Shown piece after piece: positions 8,258-19,400 of a DNA stretch of 64,000 bases (position 1 is its first letter; each line of letters opens with the position of its first letter). The stretch lies in IMG/VR virus record IMGVR_UViG_3300035498_000956. One strand, 5' to 3'. Made by a program: the position numbers and the translations under genes. Under the pieces are notes generated by a model. The model did no database searches, was not told where the DNA came from, and worked only from the letters and a program-made list of their open reading frames with translations. This stretch comes from a virus (lineage: Duplodnaviria > Caudoviricetes).

Positions 8258-9838
8258 ATGGATAAAAAAGAAAATTTGACTCCTGAACAAATTGAAGCAA
8301 AATTAAGACAACAACGTATCTCTACGTTTAAAAAATCAATAGAGTTAATGATTGCTACAAAAAAGGACGCATATCAAAAGACAGAAGCAAAGTCAATACG
8401 TCCTGTTCGTAGAAATTATTCTAAAGAAGAAATTAAGCGTATTGTTGAATTTGGAGATCCAATAGAACAAGCGCATTTATCAGAGTTCTTCTTTAAAACA
8501 AGCGGAATTTACAAGCGTATAATCCTCCATTATGCTACTTTTCTTAGGTACGCGTGGCTATTAGTGCCACACGTATCCGATAGAAAAACAAAGATTACTG
8601 AAAAGAAAAATCGTAAGGCTTATGAGGATGCTATTGATTTTTGTAGTAGCTTTCAAATTGAACGTAAATGTAGTCTTTTCATGAAGGATATTCTTGTTAG
8701 AGGCGCATATTATGGATTAATTCATGATGAAGGAGATAATGTTGTTATTCAAGATTTACCATTTGACTATTGTAGAAGTCGTTTTAAAAATGTCCAAGAT
8801 ATTGACATAGTGGAATTTAATATGGCTTTTTTTGATACTATTTCAGATGAAAATTTAAGAACACAAATTCTTAAAACATATCCTAAAATAGTACAAAAGA
8901 GTTATTATAAGTATAAAAATCATGGCGGCGAAAAATGGATATTTTTACCCGCTGAAATAGGCGTTTATTTTTGTTATTTTGATGAACGTCCTTTTTTCTT
9001 AGATTTAATTCCATTAATTGATGATTTAGATGATTATAAGGAAATTGACAAGCAACGTAACCTACAGTCTCTATCAAGAATTTTAACTCAAAAAGTTCCA
9101 GTAGATAAAGGCGAGCTTGTATTTGAACCTGAAGAAGCAGAATCAATGCATCAAGGTGTTGTAGAAATGCTTAGAGATAATCCTGATATTGATGTTGTTA
9201 CTTCTTATTCAGATATTGACCTATTGGATTGCAGTAGTGATGCCGATGAGGTTACTGAAGTTGAAGACGTACAAAATTTAATCTATGAATCTGCGGGCAT
9301 ATCAAAAGAATTATTCTATAGTACCACGGAAGCGGGCTTAGATTATTCAATTAAAAATGACTTAGCTATGATGATGATAATGGGACAACAATTTGCTCAT
9401 TTTTTCACAGTTTTATTAAATAATAAATTTTCAAATAAGAAAATGGTATTTGAGCTATTGATTTTACCATTAAGTTACTATAATGATGATGCTTATACTG
9501 AAAAATCAAGACAATTAGCAACATTAGGTTATAGTTTCTTAACTCCTGGTCTTGCTACTGGTATCAACCAAAGCAATCTAGCAGACCTTAAGGAATTAGA
9601 GAATGAGCTTCTAAATCTAGATGAAGTTCTTAAGCCATTACAAACTTCTTACACTCAATCTGGTAAAGTTGGTGATACTCCAGCTAGTGCTTCTGGTGAA
9701 ACTAGTACAGAAACTAGTACAGAAGAAACTACTGAAGAAACGACAACAGAAGAAGAATCTACAGAAACAAGTGAAGAAGATAATAATAAATCTAATTCTA
9801 ATGACGGAGGTGACACAAATGCCAATAGTGGAACTTAA
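8258..9838 (+). CDS. Portal protein
   Basis: About 500 aa directly after terL, acidic low-complexity C-terminal tail; synteny. Confidence 0.75.
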   Translation: MDKKENLTPEQIEAKLRQQRISTFKKSIELMIATKKDAYQKTEAKSIRPVRRNYSKEEIKRIVEFGDPIEQAHLSEFFFKTSGIYKRIILHYATFLRYAWLLVPHVSDRKTKITEKKNRKAYEDAIDFCSSFQIERKCSLFMKDILVRGAYYGLIHDEGDNVVIQDLPFDYCRSRFKNVQDIDIVEFNMAFFDTISDENLRTQILKTYPKIVQKSYYKYKNHGGEKWIFLPAEIGVYFCYFDERPFFLDLIPLIDDLDDYKEIDKQRNLQSLSRILTQKVPVDKGELVFEPEEAESMHQGVVEMLRDNPDIDVVTSYSDIDLLDCSSDADEVTEVEDVQNLIYESAGISKELFYSTTEAGLDYSIKNDLAMMMIMGQQFAHFFTVLLNNKFSNKKMVFELLILPLSYYNDDAYTEKSRQLATLGYSFLTPGLATGINQSNLADLKELENELLNLDEVLKPLQTSYTQSGKVGDTPASASGETSTETSTEETTEETTTEEESTETSEEDNNKSNSNDGGDTNANSGT

Positions 9839-11354
9839 TGAAGATATGTCAAGAGTCTCTATTGAACCTTATGGTGAACTTGAGCCAATTAATGATGTAT
9901 TATCAAAGGCAAGAGTCCGAATTTTCTATAAAGGACTAAATCGCAATCGCACTTTTATATCAGACGAGTTCGCTATCCAGCTTGAACAGTCTTTACCTTA
10001 TACTCCAATCAAAGGCATTTATGATTCTCTTGATGAAGATTTTACTGATCATGGAGAAGATAATTGCGAAGGACGTATTTATGGAATAGTACCAGAAAAT
10101 CCCAATGCCGTCTATGAAGAACATACTGATATAGATGGCATAGTACGTTCTTATCTTTGCTGTGATGTATATCTATTTACAGGATTGTATCAAGAAGCTC
10201 AAGAGATTTTAGGAAAATCCCAGTCTATGGAGATTTTTAGAGAGACGATGGATGGAGAATGGAGAATTGCAGATGATGGACAGCCAATGTTTTACTTTAC
10301 AAAAGGCTGTTTTGTTGGTTTGCAAGTTCTAGGTATTGCAGAAGAACCTTGTTTTGAAGGAAGTGCTTTCTTTAGTCTATGTAAAGATATTCAAGGTTTA
10401 ACTGAATATATAAGAAAAATTGAAGAACAGGAGGAGAATAAGGTAATGGAGAAAGCTAATTTTACTAATTTTAGATTATCTGACAATCAAAAATTTAGTT
10501 TAATTTTTGCTGAGCTAAATAAGAACGTTGCTGAAGATGCTCTATACCCTGACTATCAAGTGATAGATGTATTTGATGAATATGCTCTATGTTATAATTT
10601 TAAGACTGATAGTTATGAAAGAGTTTCTTATACTAAGGACGATTCTAGTGTTACTCTTGGCGAAATTACAACTTGCTTTATGATTGATGTTACTGAATCT
10701 GAATTTAATGCGCTTCAAGCTATGAAGTCTATGAATGAAGGCTCTTACGAAAATCTAAATGAAAATTTTGCTAAGAAAGAAGATCCTAAGGAAGAGGACG
10801 AAAAAGAAGACTCTAAGGATGATGAGTCTAAGGATGATTCTAAAAAGGATGATTCTAAGAAAGATAAAGAGGATCAAGAAGAGTTCAAGAAGGATGATGA
10901 TGACAAGAAGGGCTGCAACAGCTCTCTAATGGAAAGGGTTCTAATTGAAGAAAGAGATAGGTTCGCGGCACAAGTTCAAGAACTCGAAAATGAAAAGACT
11001 GAATTCCAAAAGGAAAAAGAAAACATTCTAAAAGAAAATGAAGAACTACTTGCTTTCAAGAAACAGATTGAGAGTGAGAAAAAGGATGAAATCATAAATC
11101 AATTTGATGGTGTTCTTGAGGAAGATGTTCTTGATAGATATAAATTAGAAAAAGATAGTTTTACAGTTGAAGATTTAGAGAAAGATATGTGTTTAACTGC
11201 ATATAAGGCTAATCCAAATGTATTTAGTAAGAAACAAGAGGAAGAGGTCGAAGCTCCATTGGTATTTAAGAATAGTTCAATGAAGAGCGAATCTGAATTA
11301 AGTGGCTGTGAAAGGCTAATATTAAAACATAAAAAGATTGGAGGTAATAAGTAA
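9819..11354 (+). CDS. Prohead protease/scaffold protein
   Basis: GGAGGTGA RBS gives start 9819 (MPIVEL); NRNRTFI...QSMEI...PCFE N-domain, K/D-rich linker and coiled coil; lies between portal and capsid genes. Confidence 0.7.
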   Translation: MPIVELNEDMSRVSIEPYGELEPINDVLSKARVRIFYKGLNRNRTFISDEFAIQLEQSLPYTPIKGIYDSLDEDFTDHGEDNCEGRIYGIVPENPNAVYEEHTDIDGIVRSYLCCDVYLFTGLYQEAQEILGKSQSMEIFRETMDGEWRIADDGQPMFYFTKGCFVGLQVLGIAEEPCFEGSAFFSLCKDIQGLTEYIRKIEEQEENKVMEKANFTNFRLSDNQKFSLIFAELNKNVAEDALYPDYQVIDVFDEYALCYNFKTDSYERVSYTKDDSSVTLGEITTCFMIDVTESEFNALQAMKSMNEGSYENLNENFAKKEDPKEEDEKEDSKDDESKDDSKKDDSKKDKEDQEEFKKDDDDKKGCNSSLMERVLIEERDRFAAQVQELENEKTEFQKEKENILKENEELLAFKKQIESEKKDEIINQFDGVLEEDVLDRYKLEKDSFTVEDLEKDMCLTAYKANPNVFSKKQEEEVEAPLVFKNSSMKSESELSGCERLILKHKKIGGNK

Positions 11355-12088
11355 TGGCTATCAATGAAAATTATTACAAGTTTGACCGTCAAGGTTTTGG
11401 TCAATTTGAGCCTAACCAAGTATGGTTTACAAGAAACGGTGCTATTGAAGCACAATGCAAGCTAGATCCAAAAGTATTTACATCTGATATTAAGACTATG
11501 GGCTGTGCTTGTAATGCATCTGATGGCAAGATTTATGGTGAAGTTGGACAATTTCTAGCAGTAGATAAAGCTCCTCTAACTGGTCTAGGTAATGGTAATG
11601 GCATTGCTACTGTTCCTACAGCAACAACAGATGAAAAAGGTCTTCCAGTTGGTGTTAACTATTCTACTGAGAAGATTTATAATCAATTTACTCCTGGTCG
11701 TAGGAATTATTATATGACTGCTAATGATTTTAATCCTAGAATAGGTTTTCTTTCTGTTGGTGAGAGATTTACTACTAACACAGTTCTCATTAATGAACAA
11801 GCTACATCTTTTAAGGCAGTTAAAACAGCTGATGTAGATGGAGATGTCGTTGCAGCTAGTAGGGCCACTTGGGCAAATATTAGAGACGCTCTTAAAGAAG
11901 GAAATGTAATTTATGCTATACTAACAACTGATTCTGAAGGTCAACTCGTTGTTGGCGCGACTGTTGATGCTAATACGCAAGCAATTGGTGGTATTTATAC
12001 AAGAGTAGTTAAAGCATATACAAACGCAGATGGAACTCTATCATTTATGTTCCAAGTTATTAATAAGCCTGTAACAACAAATGCTTAA
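11354..12088 (+). CDS. Putative head decoration/minor capsid protein
   Basis: Position between scaffold and MCP; GERFTTN motif; beta-rich composition. Confidence 0.55.
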   Translation: MAINENYYKFDRQGFGQFEPNQVWFTRNGAIEAQCKLDPKVFTSDIKTMGCACNASDGKIYGEVGQFLAVDKAPLTGLGNGNGIATVPTATTDEKGLPVGVNYSTEKIYNQFTPGRRNYYMTANDFNPRIGFLSVGERFTTNTVLINEQATSFKAVKTADVDGDVVAASRATWANIRDALKEGNVIYAILTTDSEGQLVVGATVDANTQAIGGIYTRVVKAYTNADGTLSFMFQVINKPVTTNA

Positions 12089-12108
12089 TTAAGGAGGAGG
12101 TTTAGATT

Positions 12109-13182
12109 ATGAATTTACAAGATATTAAAGAATTGGCTCTACATAGCCTAAGAGGTACTACTCCTGATCCTACTAAGTATAGTAATCAAGATGTAAATGA
12201 GGCACTTAGAGCAGAGATAAAAGAACTAGCAGGTACATATAATGCTTATCGTAGAAATAAGCTAGATGTATTTGAAATTATACAAGAAACTAACGATATG
12301 ATTCTTCCAAAGTATGTTGAAGAATTTATGGGCACTTTTGCAGAGATTAAGACAGTTGGTCACAACCAAAAGGCTCAATTTGTAAGAAGAAGAGGTCGTA
12401 GACGTGCAAAGCAGTTTATTACTGAAGTAGGTCTATCTGGCGTTTATGAGGCATTTAGACTAGATAAGGAGACTTTTGAAGTTAGTGCACACGCAATTGG
12501 CGGCGCGGCTTATATCGATTTTGAGAGATTCCTTTCTGGTGATGAGGACCTAGCAGAACCAATGAGTCTAATTCTTGAAGGTATTCAAGAGGCTGTTATG
12601 GGTGAGGTTCAAAAGGCACTTCTAGCAACTATTAATCAGGTTGATAGACCATCTGCAAATATTGTTGTAAGTCCTGATTTTGATCCAGATTCAATGGCAA
12701 GACTATGTGCTGTTTGTAGAGCTTATGGTGGCTCAGCTACTATATTTGCTCCTCCAGAGTTTATAGCTGCAATGGGTCCAGATGCTATTGGTCTTCCAAT
12801 TTGGAAAAATGACACAGGCGGTGCCACTCCAGTATATGCTCCAGAAGATATTTCTGCAATTCATAATACTGGTTACATTCAACAGTTTAGAGGTAATCCA
12901 ATTATTATGATTCCTCAATCTTTCACTGATGAAACTAATACAACAACTCAGATCAATCCTGGTGTTGCTTATGTATTCCCAACTGGTAATGAAAAGATTG
13001 TTAAGATAGTATTTGAAGGTGAAACTATCGTTAAGGATTGGGAAAATAGAGACAATTCTATGGAAATTCAAGCATACAAGAAGATGGGTTGTGCTATTCT
13101 ATCTACTCATGATTGGTGTGTATATCAAAATACTACATTAACAAATGAAGCTGATACTAAGTACGAAGTTCCAACTAAGTAA
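12109..13182 (+). CDS. Major capsid protein
   Basis: 357 aa, AGGAGG RBS, followed by a terminator, strongly biased codon usage; synteny. Confidence 0.8.
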   Translation: MNLQDIKELALHSLRGTTPDPTKYSNQDVNEALRAEIKELAGTYNAYRRNKLDVFEIIQETNDMILPKYVEEFMGTFAEIKTVGHNQKAQFVRRRGRRRAKQFITEVGLSGVYEAFRLDKETFEVSAHAIGGAAYIDFERFLSGDEDLAEPMSLILEGIQEAVMGEVQKALLATINQVDRPSANIVVSPDFDPDSMARLCAVCRAYGGSATIFAPPEFIAAMGPDAIGLPIWKNDTGGATPVYAPEDISAIHNTGYIQQFRGNPIIMIPQSFTDETNTTTQINPGVAYVFPTGNEKIVKIVFEGETIVKDWENRDNSMEIQAYKKMGCAILSTHDWCVYQNTTLTNEADTKYEVPTK

Positions 13183-13200
13183 TTAAATAAATATAAAATG

Positions 13201-13232
13201 AAAGGTGAGTGGGATATTCTCACTTGCCTTTT
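13201..13232 (+). terminator. Intrinsic terminator after the MCP gene
   Basis: AAAGGTGAGTG...CACTTGCCTTTT. Confidence 0.75.
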
Positions 13233-13254
13233 GAGTTAAAAGGAGGAAAAAATA

Positions 13255-13722
13255 ATGCAAGGAAGACAAGTTAAAGTTAGAAATACTGTAAATAGAACTG
13301 TAGTAATGAAGTTGCCTGAGTTTGGCATTAATAGAGTTTGGAGAGGTATAGGTGTAACTTATCCAATTCCTTTTGATGTTCTAGAACAAGCTTTGTGGCA
13401 AAATGGTGTAAAATATCTATTTGAAACTGGTATTTTATATATCGATGATATGCAAGATAAGATTGATTTAGGACTTGAGCCAGCGGATGCTAAGCAACCT
13501 GAAAATATCATTGTTCTTAATGATGGTCAAAAGCTTAATCTTCTAAAAGTTACAAATTTTGAGGATTTTAAGACAAAAATACATGAACTATCTAAGGATC
13601 AAGTAGATGCATTAATCGATTATGCTATTGATAATAAAATTGTGGATGTTGAAAAGTGTAGTTATTTAAAGGAATTAACTGGCAGGGATATATTGAAAAT
13701 AGTTTCTAATCAAGAGGACTAG
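13255..13722 (+). CDS. Hypothetical virion morphogenesis protein
   Basis: AGGAGG RBS; follows the MCP gene. Confidence 0.6.
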   Translation: MQGRQVKVRNTVNRTVVMKLPEFGINRVWRGIGVTYPIPFDVLEQALWQNGVKYLFETGILYIDDMQDKIDLGLEPADAKQPENIIVLNDGQKLNLLKVTNFEDFKTKIHELSKDQVDALIDYAIDNKIVDVEKCSYLKELTGRDILKIVSNQED

Positions 13723-13731
13723 GTGATATAA

Positions 13732-14202
13732 ATGGCAACTCCTCTTATGACTGTTTATCAAGCATTCTTAGCTAAGATAGAAGAAGATGAGTGGGCGCGC
13801 GGTCATGATGACGATATGGAATGGATTCTCGCCGATTGGGAATCAATTCTTGAAAGTGCGTTACCTTATTTTCGTTATCCACGTTGCAGTCTAGAATATA
13901 ATCAAGAAGAAGGTTTTGTAGATGAAGCTTTTGGTCAAGATGAAATTCAAGTTATTGCAACTTTTATGAAGTTAGAATGGTTAAGAAGAACTGTTCTATC
14001 TTGGAAAAATATTAAAACTCAATATTCTGAAAAGGATTTTTCTCAAGCAAATTTATTATCTCAATTCATTAACTTACAAACACAAACAGAAGAAGATGCT
14101 AGGCATCTTGAGCATATTTATTATCGTTCACGTAAACGTAAAACTTATGACTATGGTCGTTTAGTCGGCGGAAAATCTCATAGGTATCCTAGACATGATT
14201 GA
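13732..14202 (+). CDS. Putative head-tail adaptor
   Basis: Size and synteny in the neck region. Confidence 0.5.
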   Translation: MATPLMTVYQAFLAKIEEDEWARGHDDDMEWILADWESILESALPYFRYPRCSLEYNQEEGFVDEAFGQDEIQVIATFMKLEWLRRTVLSWKNIKTQYSEKDFSQANLLSQFINLQTQTEEDARHLEHIYYRSRKRKTYDYGRLVGGKSHRYPRHD

Positions 14203-14461
14203 TAATGGATATAAAGAGTTAATGAAAAAGAAACTTTATGGTTTATTGAGAGAAAGAGAGAAAAATGGAGAATGGGAAAAATTTTTAGATACTGTTTTAG
14301 TGGAGCTAATGGGATATCCAGAGGACAAGAGAACAACTAATTACTATTTCTTATATTACAAGTTAAATACTTGTAAATATCTTTCATTCAAATATTATAG
14401 AAAAACAATTTTTGAATGTATGAATTTATTTGATGGGATTGATGAAAATGGATTATTTTAA
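14195..14461 (+). CDS. Hypothetical protein
   Basis: Overlaps both neighbours in the operon. Confidence 0.6.
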   Translation: MIDNGYKELMKKKLYGLLREREKNGEWEKFLDTVLVELMGYPEDKRTTNYYFLYYKLNTCKYLSFKYYRKTIFECMNLFDGIDENGLF

Positions 14462-15170
14462 AGATGTATATTTAAAACGATTAAATCTTTACGGTGATGA
14501 TATGCGTTCACGTATTGTTGGTGAAAAAATCCATGAGTTTGATGAATTATTCATGAAACAAACTATTTATCAAGTATTAGTCCATCAAATTAACGATGAA
14601 TGTTCTCATATTGTTGCTTCATTACAACCTAATAAATGGAATGAATCTCAGGAGTTATCAAATTTATTAATATCTAGAAAAGAAAAACAGCTTAAAACTG
14701 GAGATATGCTTAAAATATATCAAAAGATTGGAGATAAGGAAGTAGATAAGATATATTTGATATTATTCCATGAGGATAATATTACTTTAGGCTATTATTG
14801 TTATAAATTAGTTTTACTTGATGATGTTATTATGTTGACTAATGAGTATGGTGATACATTACATACTATACCAGTTAAGATCACAAATAATTCAACATTT
14901 ACAAAGGAATCGTTTAATTTAAATAATGGCGGCTATAGAGGTCCTAACAGAAGTCTCACTTGTGTGACAAGAGATTTTGATTTCTTTAAGAAAGGTACTT
15001 ATTTCCTTCATAAAGATAAAGGATGGGAAATAGCTGAAAAAGATAATATTAGTATTGAAAATGTTGTTTACTTATCTCTTGGTGAAAGTTTAAAAGAAGA
15101 ATACGAACCTCGTTCTTCAGAAGATATACTTGTTGGAGACGATATGAATTTCTTTTTAAATAATCGTTAG
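14448..15170 (+). CDS. Putative head closure/neck protein
   Basis: Synteny; likely start MDYF at 14448. Confidence 0.45.
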   Translation: MDYFKDVYLKRLNLYGDDMRSRIVGEKIHEFDELFMKQTIYQVLVHQINDECSHIVASLQPNKWNESQELSNLLISRKEKQLKTGDMLKIYQKIGDKEVDKIYLILFHEDNITLGYYCYKLVLLDDVIMLTNEYGDTLHTIPVKITNNSTFTKESFNLNNGGYRGPNRSLTCVTRDFDFFKKGTYFLHKDKGWEIAEKDNISIENVVYLSLGESLKEEYEPRSSEDILVGDDMNFFLNNR

Positions 15171-15181
15171 GAGTGATATAA

Positions 15182-15697
15182 ATGGTAGATTTTAGAGAAG
15201 AATCTAAAGTAAATTATGGTCAAGAATTAGGACCAAATTTAATTAAAGTAGCCAAAAAGCTTTTAAAGAATCAAGATCTACTAAAATTATTAATTAATAC
15301 GGATTTAGATCCTTTAAATAAAGAAAAACATCCAGATATTATTGATGGTAGTACAATTTTACATAAGAATGTAAGAGTAATTCCTCTATTACAAGCAGAA
15401 GAAGTTACTACTGAAAGCACAATTGTATTGCTTTTTCGCAGTGGCACACCAAATTCTACAAATGCAGAAAATGAAAATTTAAGTTTACTAGTTAGCGTCT
15501 ATTGTCCTTTTAAAGAATGGGCAATTACAGGAGATACAATGCGACCATTCGCAATTATGAGCGAGGTTAGAAAATCTTTGCAAAACAAGAGGATTAATGG
15601 TTTAGGCGAAATCCGTTATGAGGGATTTAATGTTTCAAACTTATCCACTGAGATGGGTTGTTACATGATGGAGTTTTATATAAATGCCTTCAATTAA
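15182..15697 (+). CDS. Putative tail completion/terminator protein
   Basis: Synteny; RPFAIMSEV...INGLGE motif. Confidence 0.45.
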   Translation: MVDFREESKVNYGQELGPNLIKVAKKLLKNQDLLKLLINTDLDPLNKEKHPDIIDGSTILHKNVRVIPLLQAEEVTTESTIVLLFRSGTPNSTNAENENLSLLVSVYCPFKEWAITGDTMRPFAIMSEVRKSLQNKRINGLGEIRYEGFNVSNLSTEMGCYMMEFYINAFN

Positions 15698-16430
15698 TCA
15701 TGAAACAGTAAAAGAACAAGCTTTTGTTAATGCTCCCTCTTGGTTGCCTGGTGTATGTCAAGTGTATCCACTAACTATTAAAGAAATAATAACTATTGGT
15801 ATGGAAGAATATAGTAGGCGTTTAGGTTTACTTTTACTAGAAGAAGCTGATATCTTTAAAATGATTGATGGAAAAACAAGTGAACCAATAGAAATTGGTG
15901 ACATCCATACTATTGAATATTTATTAAAAATGGCTGATCAAGATCAGCGTTTTTCTATAGAATTGCAAACTGCTCTCTCTACTTTTATAAAAGAAGACAT
16001 ATTATTCTTGCCTAAGATTAATTCAATCTTAATAGGCCCGCCATCAGAAAAACGTTTAATTAATGATGGTAATTATCATTTATTACAGGAAATTTTGAGG
16101 ATTCAAAATAAAAGACCTGTAAAAGAAGCTCCACCAGAAAATGAATCTGAAATTGCTAGGCGCTTTAGATTAAAGCGTGAAGCTAGAGACGCGGCAAAAA
16201 GAAAACAACAACAAAAGAATGGTAATGAACAATCATTTGTTGATATGTTGGAAATTGCTCATGTATTTGGAATTAATTATGAAGATGTGACTTTGTTTGC
16301 TTTTTATAATTTACTTGCCAGATATCAAAAGAAAGAAAAGTGGGATAATGATATTAGGATGATATGCGCTGGAGCAGATTCAAAGAAAATAAAAGCAAAA
16401 TATTGGGGCGAAAGCTCTAAAGATGAATAG
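15684..16430 (+). CDS. Putative tail assembly chaperone-like protein
   Basis: Synteny; C-terminal TLFAFY...AGAD...YW. Confidence 0.4.
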   Translation: MPSINHETVKEQAFVNAPSWLPGVCQVYPLTIKEIITIGMEEYSRRLGLLLLEEADIFKMIDGKTSEPIEIGDIHTIEYLLKMADQDQRFSIELQTALSTFIKEDILFLPKINSILIGPPSEKRLINDGNYHLLQEILRIQNKRPVKEAPPENESEIARRFRLKREARDAAKRKQQQKNGNEQSFVDMLEIAHVFGINYEDVTLFAFYNLLARYQKKEKWDNDIRMICAGADSKKIKAKYWGESSKDE

Positions 16431-16441
16431 GAGGTTAAAAA

Positions 16442-19400
16442 ATGGCTGCACAAAACCTTTTTGAAAAATATGGTATTAAGGAAGTCGCAGACGTTACTTT
16501 TTATCGTATTGATAGAGTAGACGAGACCTATGAATCTCAAAGAAAGATTTTGGTTTCTTCTATTTTAAAGAGTTCCGTTGAGCTAAAAACTGTTTATCCT
16601 TTAACTGAGGTTAATGGTGAATATGTTGGTGCAGAAGACGGTTTTGAAGCTTATGTTTTTCCAGAAGCTGAGATTTTAACTGGAACTAATTATACTTGTG
16701 ATGACGAAGGTGTTACTGGCACTTTAGATGAGAATAGATCTTTCACTTTGCTCGCTGCTGGTGATGGAAATATGCTTGTTGAAAAAGGTCTTGCTGAATT
16801 GGAAGATGGTGTAGTAGTTATTACTGCTTTATCAACATCTGATCAAGAAACTGCTAACCAAGAAACATCTAAAGAAGATGAGAATAAACAAGCTGATTCA
16901 GAACCTACGGCAGTAGATGAAGAGGACGACAATTCTGTAACTACTGATCCAACCACTAGTTCAACTACTGATTCAACTACTAGTTCAATTGCTGATCCTT
17001 ATAAAGTAGGTGATGTGATTTATTTTGATCTAGAATATGTTATTAAAAAAACAGCTCCAAGTATTTTAAGAAGAAATACATTAGTTAATCCTTTTTTACA
17101 GATTGGCATGAGAATTGAAAATGTTACAAGCACTGCTATAAAATTTAAGATAGTAGAAGAATCTAGCTATCAATTCAGAAGAAATATTAATAATTATGTT
17201 GAAATTTCTGTTCCAGTTCAAGAGGTAAAATTCAAGGTAACTGAGAAAGATGCTAAAGATGCTGATATTTATCAAGATGGTATTCTTGAAAAGAGTGAAA
17301 CTGTATTAGTTCCACTTAAAGATTCTATAAAACCTTTTACATTTGATGGCACTTTTATTGAAATGACTGTGCAAGAGGCTATTACCGCTGGTATTATCAA
17401 ACAAACTGATGTCGTTAAAGCACTCGCGTCTGCATTAGATTTAAATGAGGATGAGATTGAAGAACAATTTGACGAAAATGAACAGAATTATGGCACACAG
17501 GAAAGATTACAAATAAGATTAACTACCACTTTAGGCGGAGATGCAGTAGAAACTGCTAGTGACGTTACTGTGCCTACTCGTGATGGGAATACTTTTTCAC
17601 TTATAAACACTTCAATTGGTTTAAAATTCATTCTAAATAAAATGGCAGGTCCAGATGGTACTCATGAATATACTTATGCACAACAACTTTTAATGTTATT
17701 TGCACAAGATCAAAACTTAATCACTAGAAAGGGCACTCGTTATACTTTTGAAGATTATGAGACAATTTTTGGTAATTTTAGTTTTAATGATAACTATGCA
17801 GTATCTCCAAATTCTTCAGAAAGACAAGTAGTATTAGTATATGCAAATCATACATCAGAAGCTCTTTATAAACTTGATGAAATTCAAGAGGAAATGAATA
17901 AACTAAATCAAAGCATTTCTGCAAAAGCATATGATGTTGAATATGATCTATATGCTGAGTTATTTGTAGAAGATGAAATGGGTTATTACGATCAGACAAA
18001 ACTAGGTTCTGGATATGCAAGAGAGAATGATGTTAATACTCCTTATACAATGACTATTACTGGTTCTTATACAGATGTTGACAGTCACTACAAAGAGCTT
18101 GATCCTGTTCTTGCTGGCGCGGTAACTTGGGATAATAGCGTTCATGATAGTATCAATGATGCTATTGATGCATTAAGAGCCAAGAAGAAAATTTTGGATG
18201 CTTCTGAAGATGATGGTCTATCAGGATTTAGCAAAATTTCTGGTGGTTATAAAGTATCTAATGATCTAAAGCCAAATGCAGCTGATGGTATAGGAGATTA
18301 TCTAGGTCGTTATGAATATACATTTGAAGATGATGCTTCTTATCCTCTATCTGATGGTGTAGCTCTAGATAATAAAAATCTAAAATATTCTAAGTACTCT
18401 CTATCTAGTGTTCTTGATTATCTAGAACAAGCAGCTAATTTGGATAATTCCGCAGGAGATGAAATTACTGTCGGTGTATCTGATCAATTACATGGTTCTG
18501 GTTTAGCATCAAATAGAGCAATTTATGTCCGTGTAGATGGCGCTGTAGATATGTCTGCAAGAGCTTATATCTATATTCTAAGAAATAGAAATTATAAGAT
18601 TCTATCTAGTGATGTTGATGGTATTTTTAGTTTCTATGATAGAAAGGGTAACCTACTATATTATCAAGATCCAGTATTTGCAGGCACTGAATATCTAGCA
18701 CTTATTGTTATTGGTAATAAAGGCATAATCTTTACTCTTGGCCGTCACGGCAATAAGAAAATTGAAAAAGTTGCTTGGATGGTTAATGAAAAAGGTTATA
18801 TTAATGATAAGCTCTGTCAAAGAATAGTAGATCATGGCGTAATTCATACTACTACTGTTACTGTTGATGATGAGTCATTTGATGCGACTTGTCAACTATC
18901 AGGCTTTAAGGTTAAGAAGATTAAAAAGAAAGTAATGAAATATACTCCAGTTCTATTCCTAGATACTCTAAAGGTTTCTACTATTGAACAAACTGCAGAA
19001 CAAACTTCTGCTACTGGTGGTAGAGGCAATGCCGAGCTAATTATTTGGGATTATGGTAAGGAAATTACTCTATCTCTTGAGGATGCTCTTTACACTCCTG
19101 CTAGTATGAGCGCTATGTTTGGTTCTTCTAAGGATAAGGACTTTACTAAGGGTGTTAAGGATACTAAGAGAATTGATAGAACTGAAAAGTGCACAGCTGC
19201 ACGTTCATTCATTATCCCAGCAGGCAATAGTAAGGGTGTTCCTTCTGAAGGTGATCTTACTGCACAAGCAGTTTACATTGATCTAAATACAATGCAACCT
19301 TATGAGGATGGCACTCCAATTGCTGAGGGCGAAGTATACTTAAAGTGGACTCGTTCTGTTGCTTATGGTGAGAATAGCTTAGGTAATACAATTGAAATTT

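Noticed and set aside
9621-9818. N-terminal 66 aa of the track's 577-aa ORF
   Set aside because: It overlaps the portal gene; a strong RBS supports the start at 9819.
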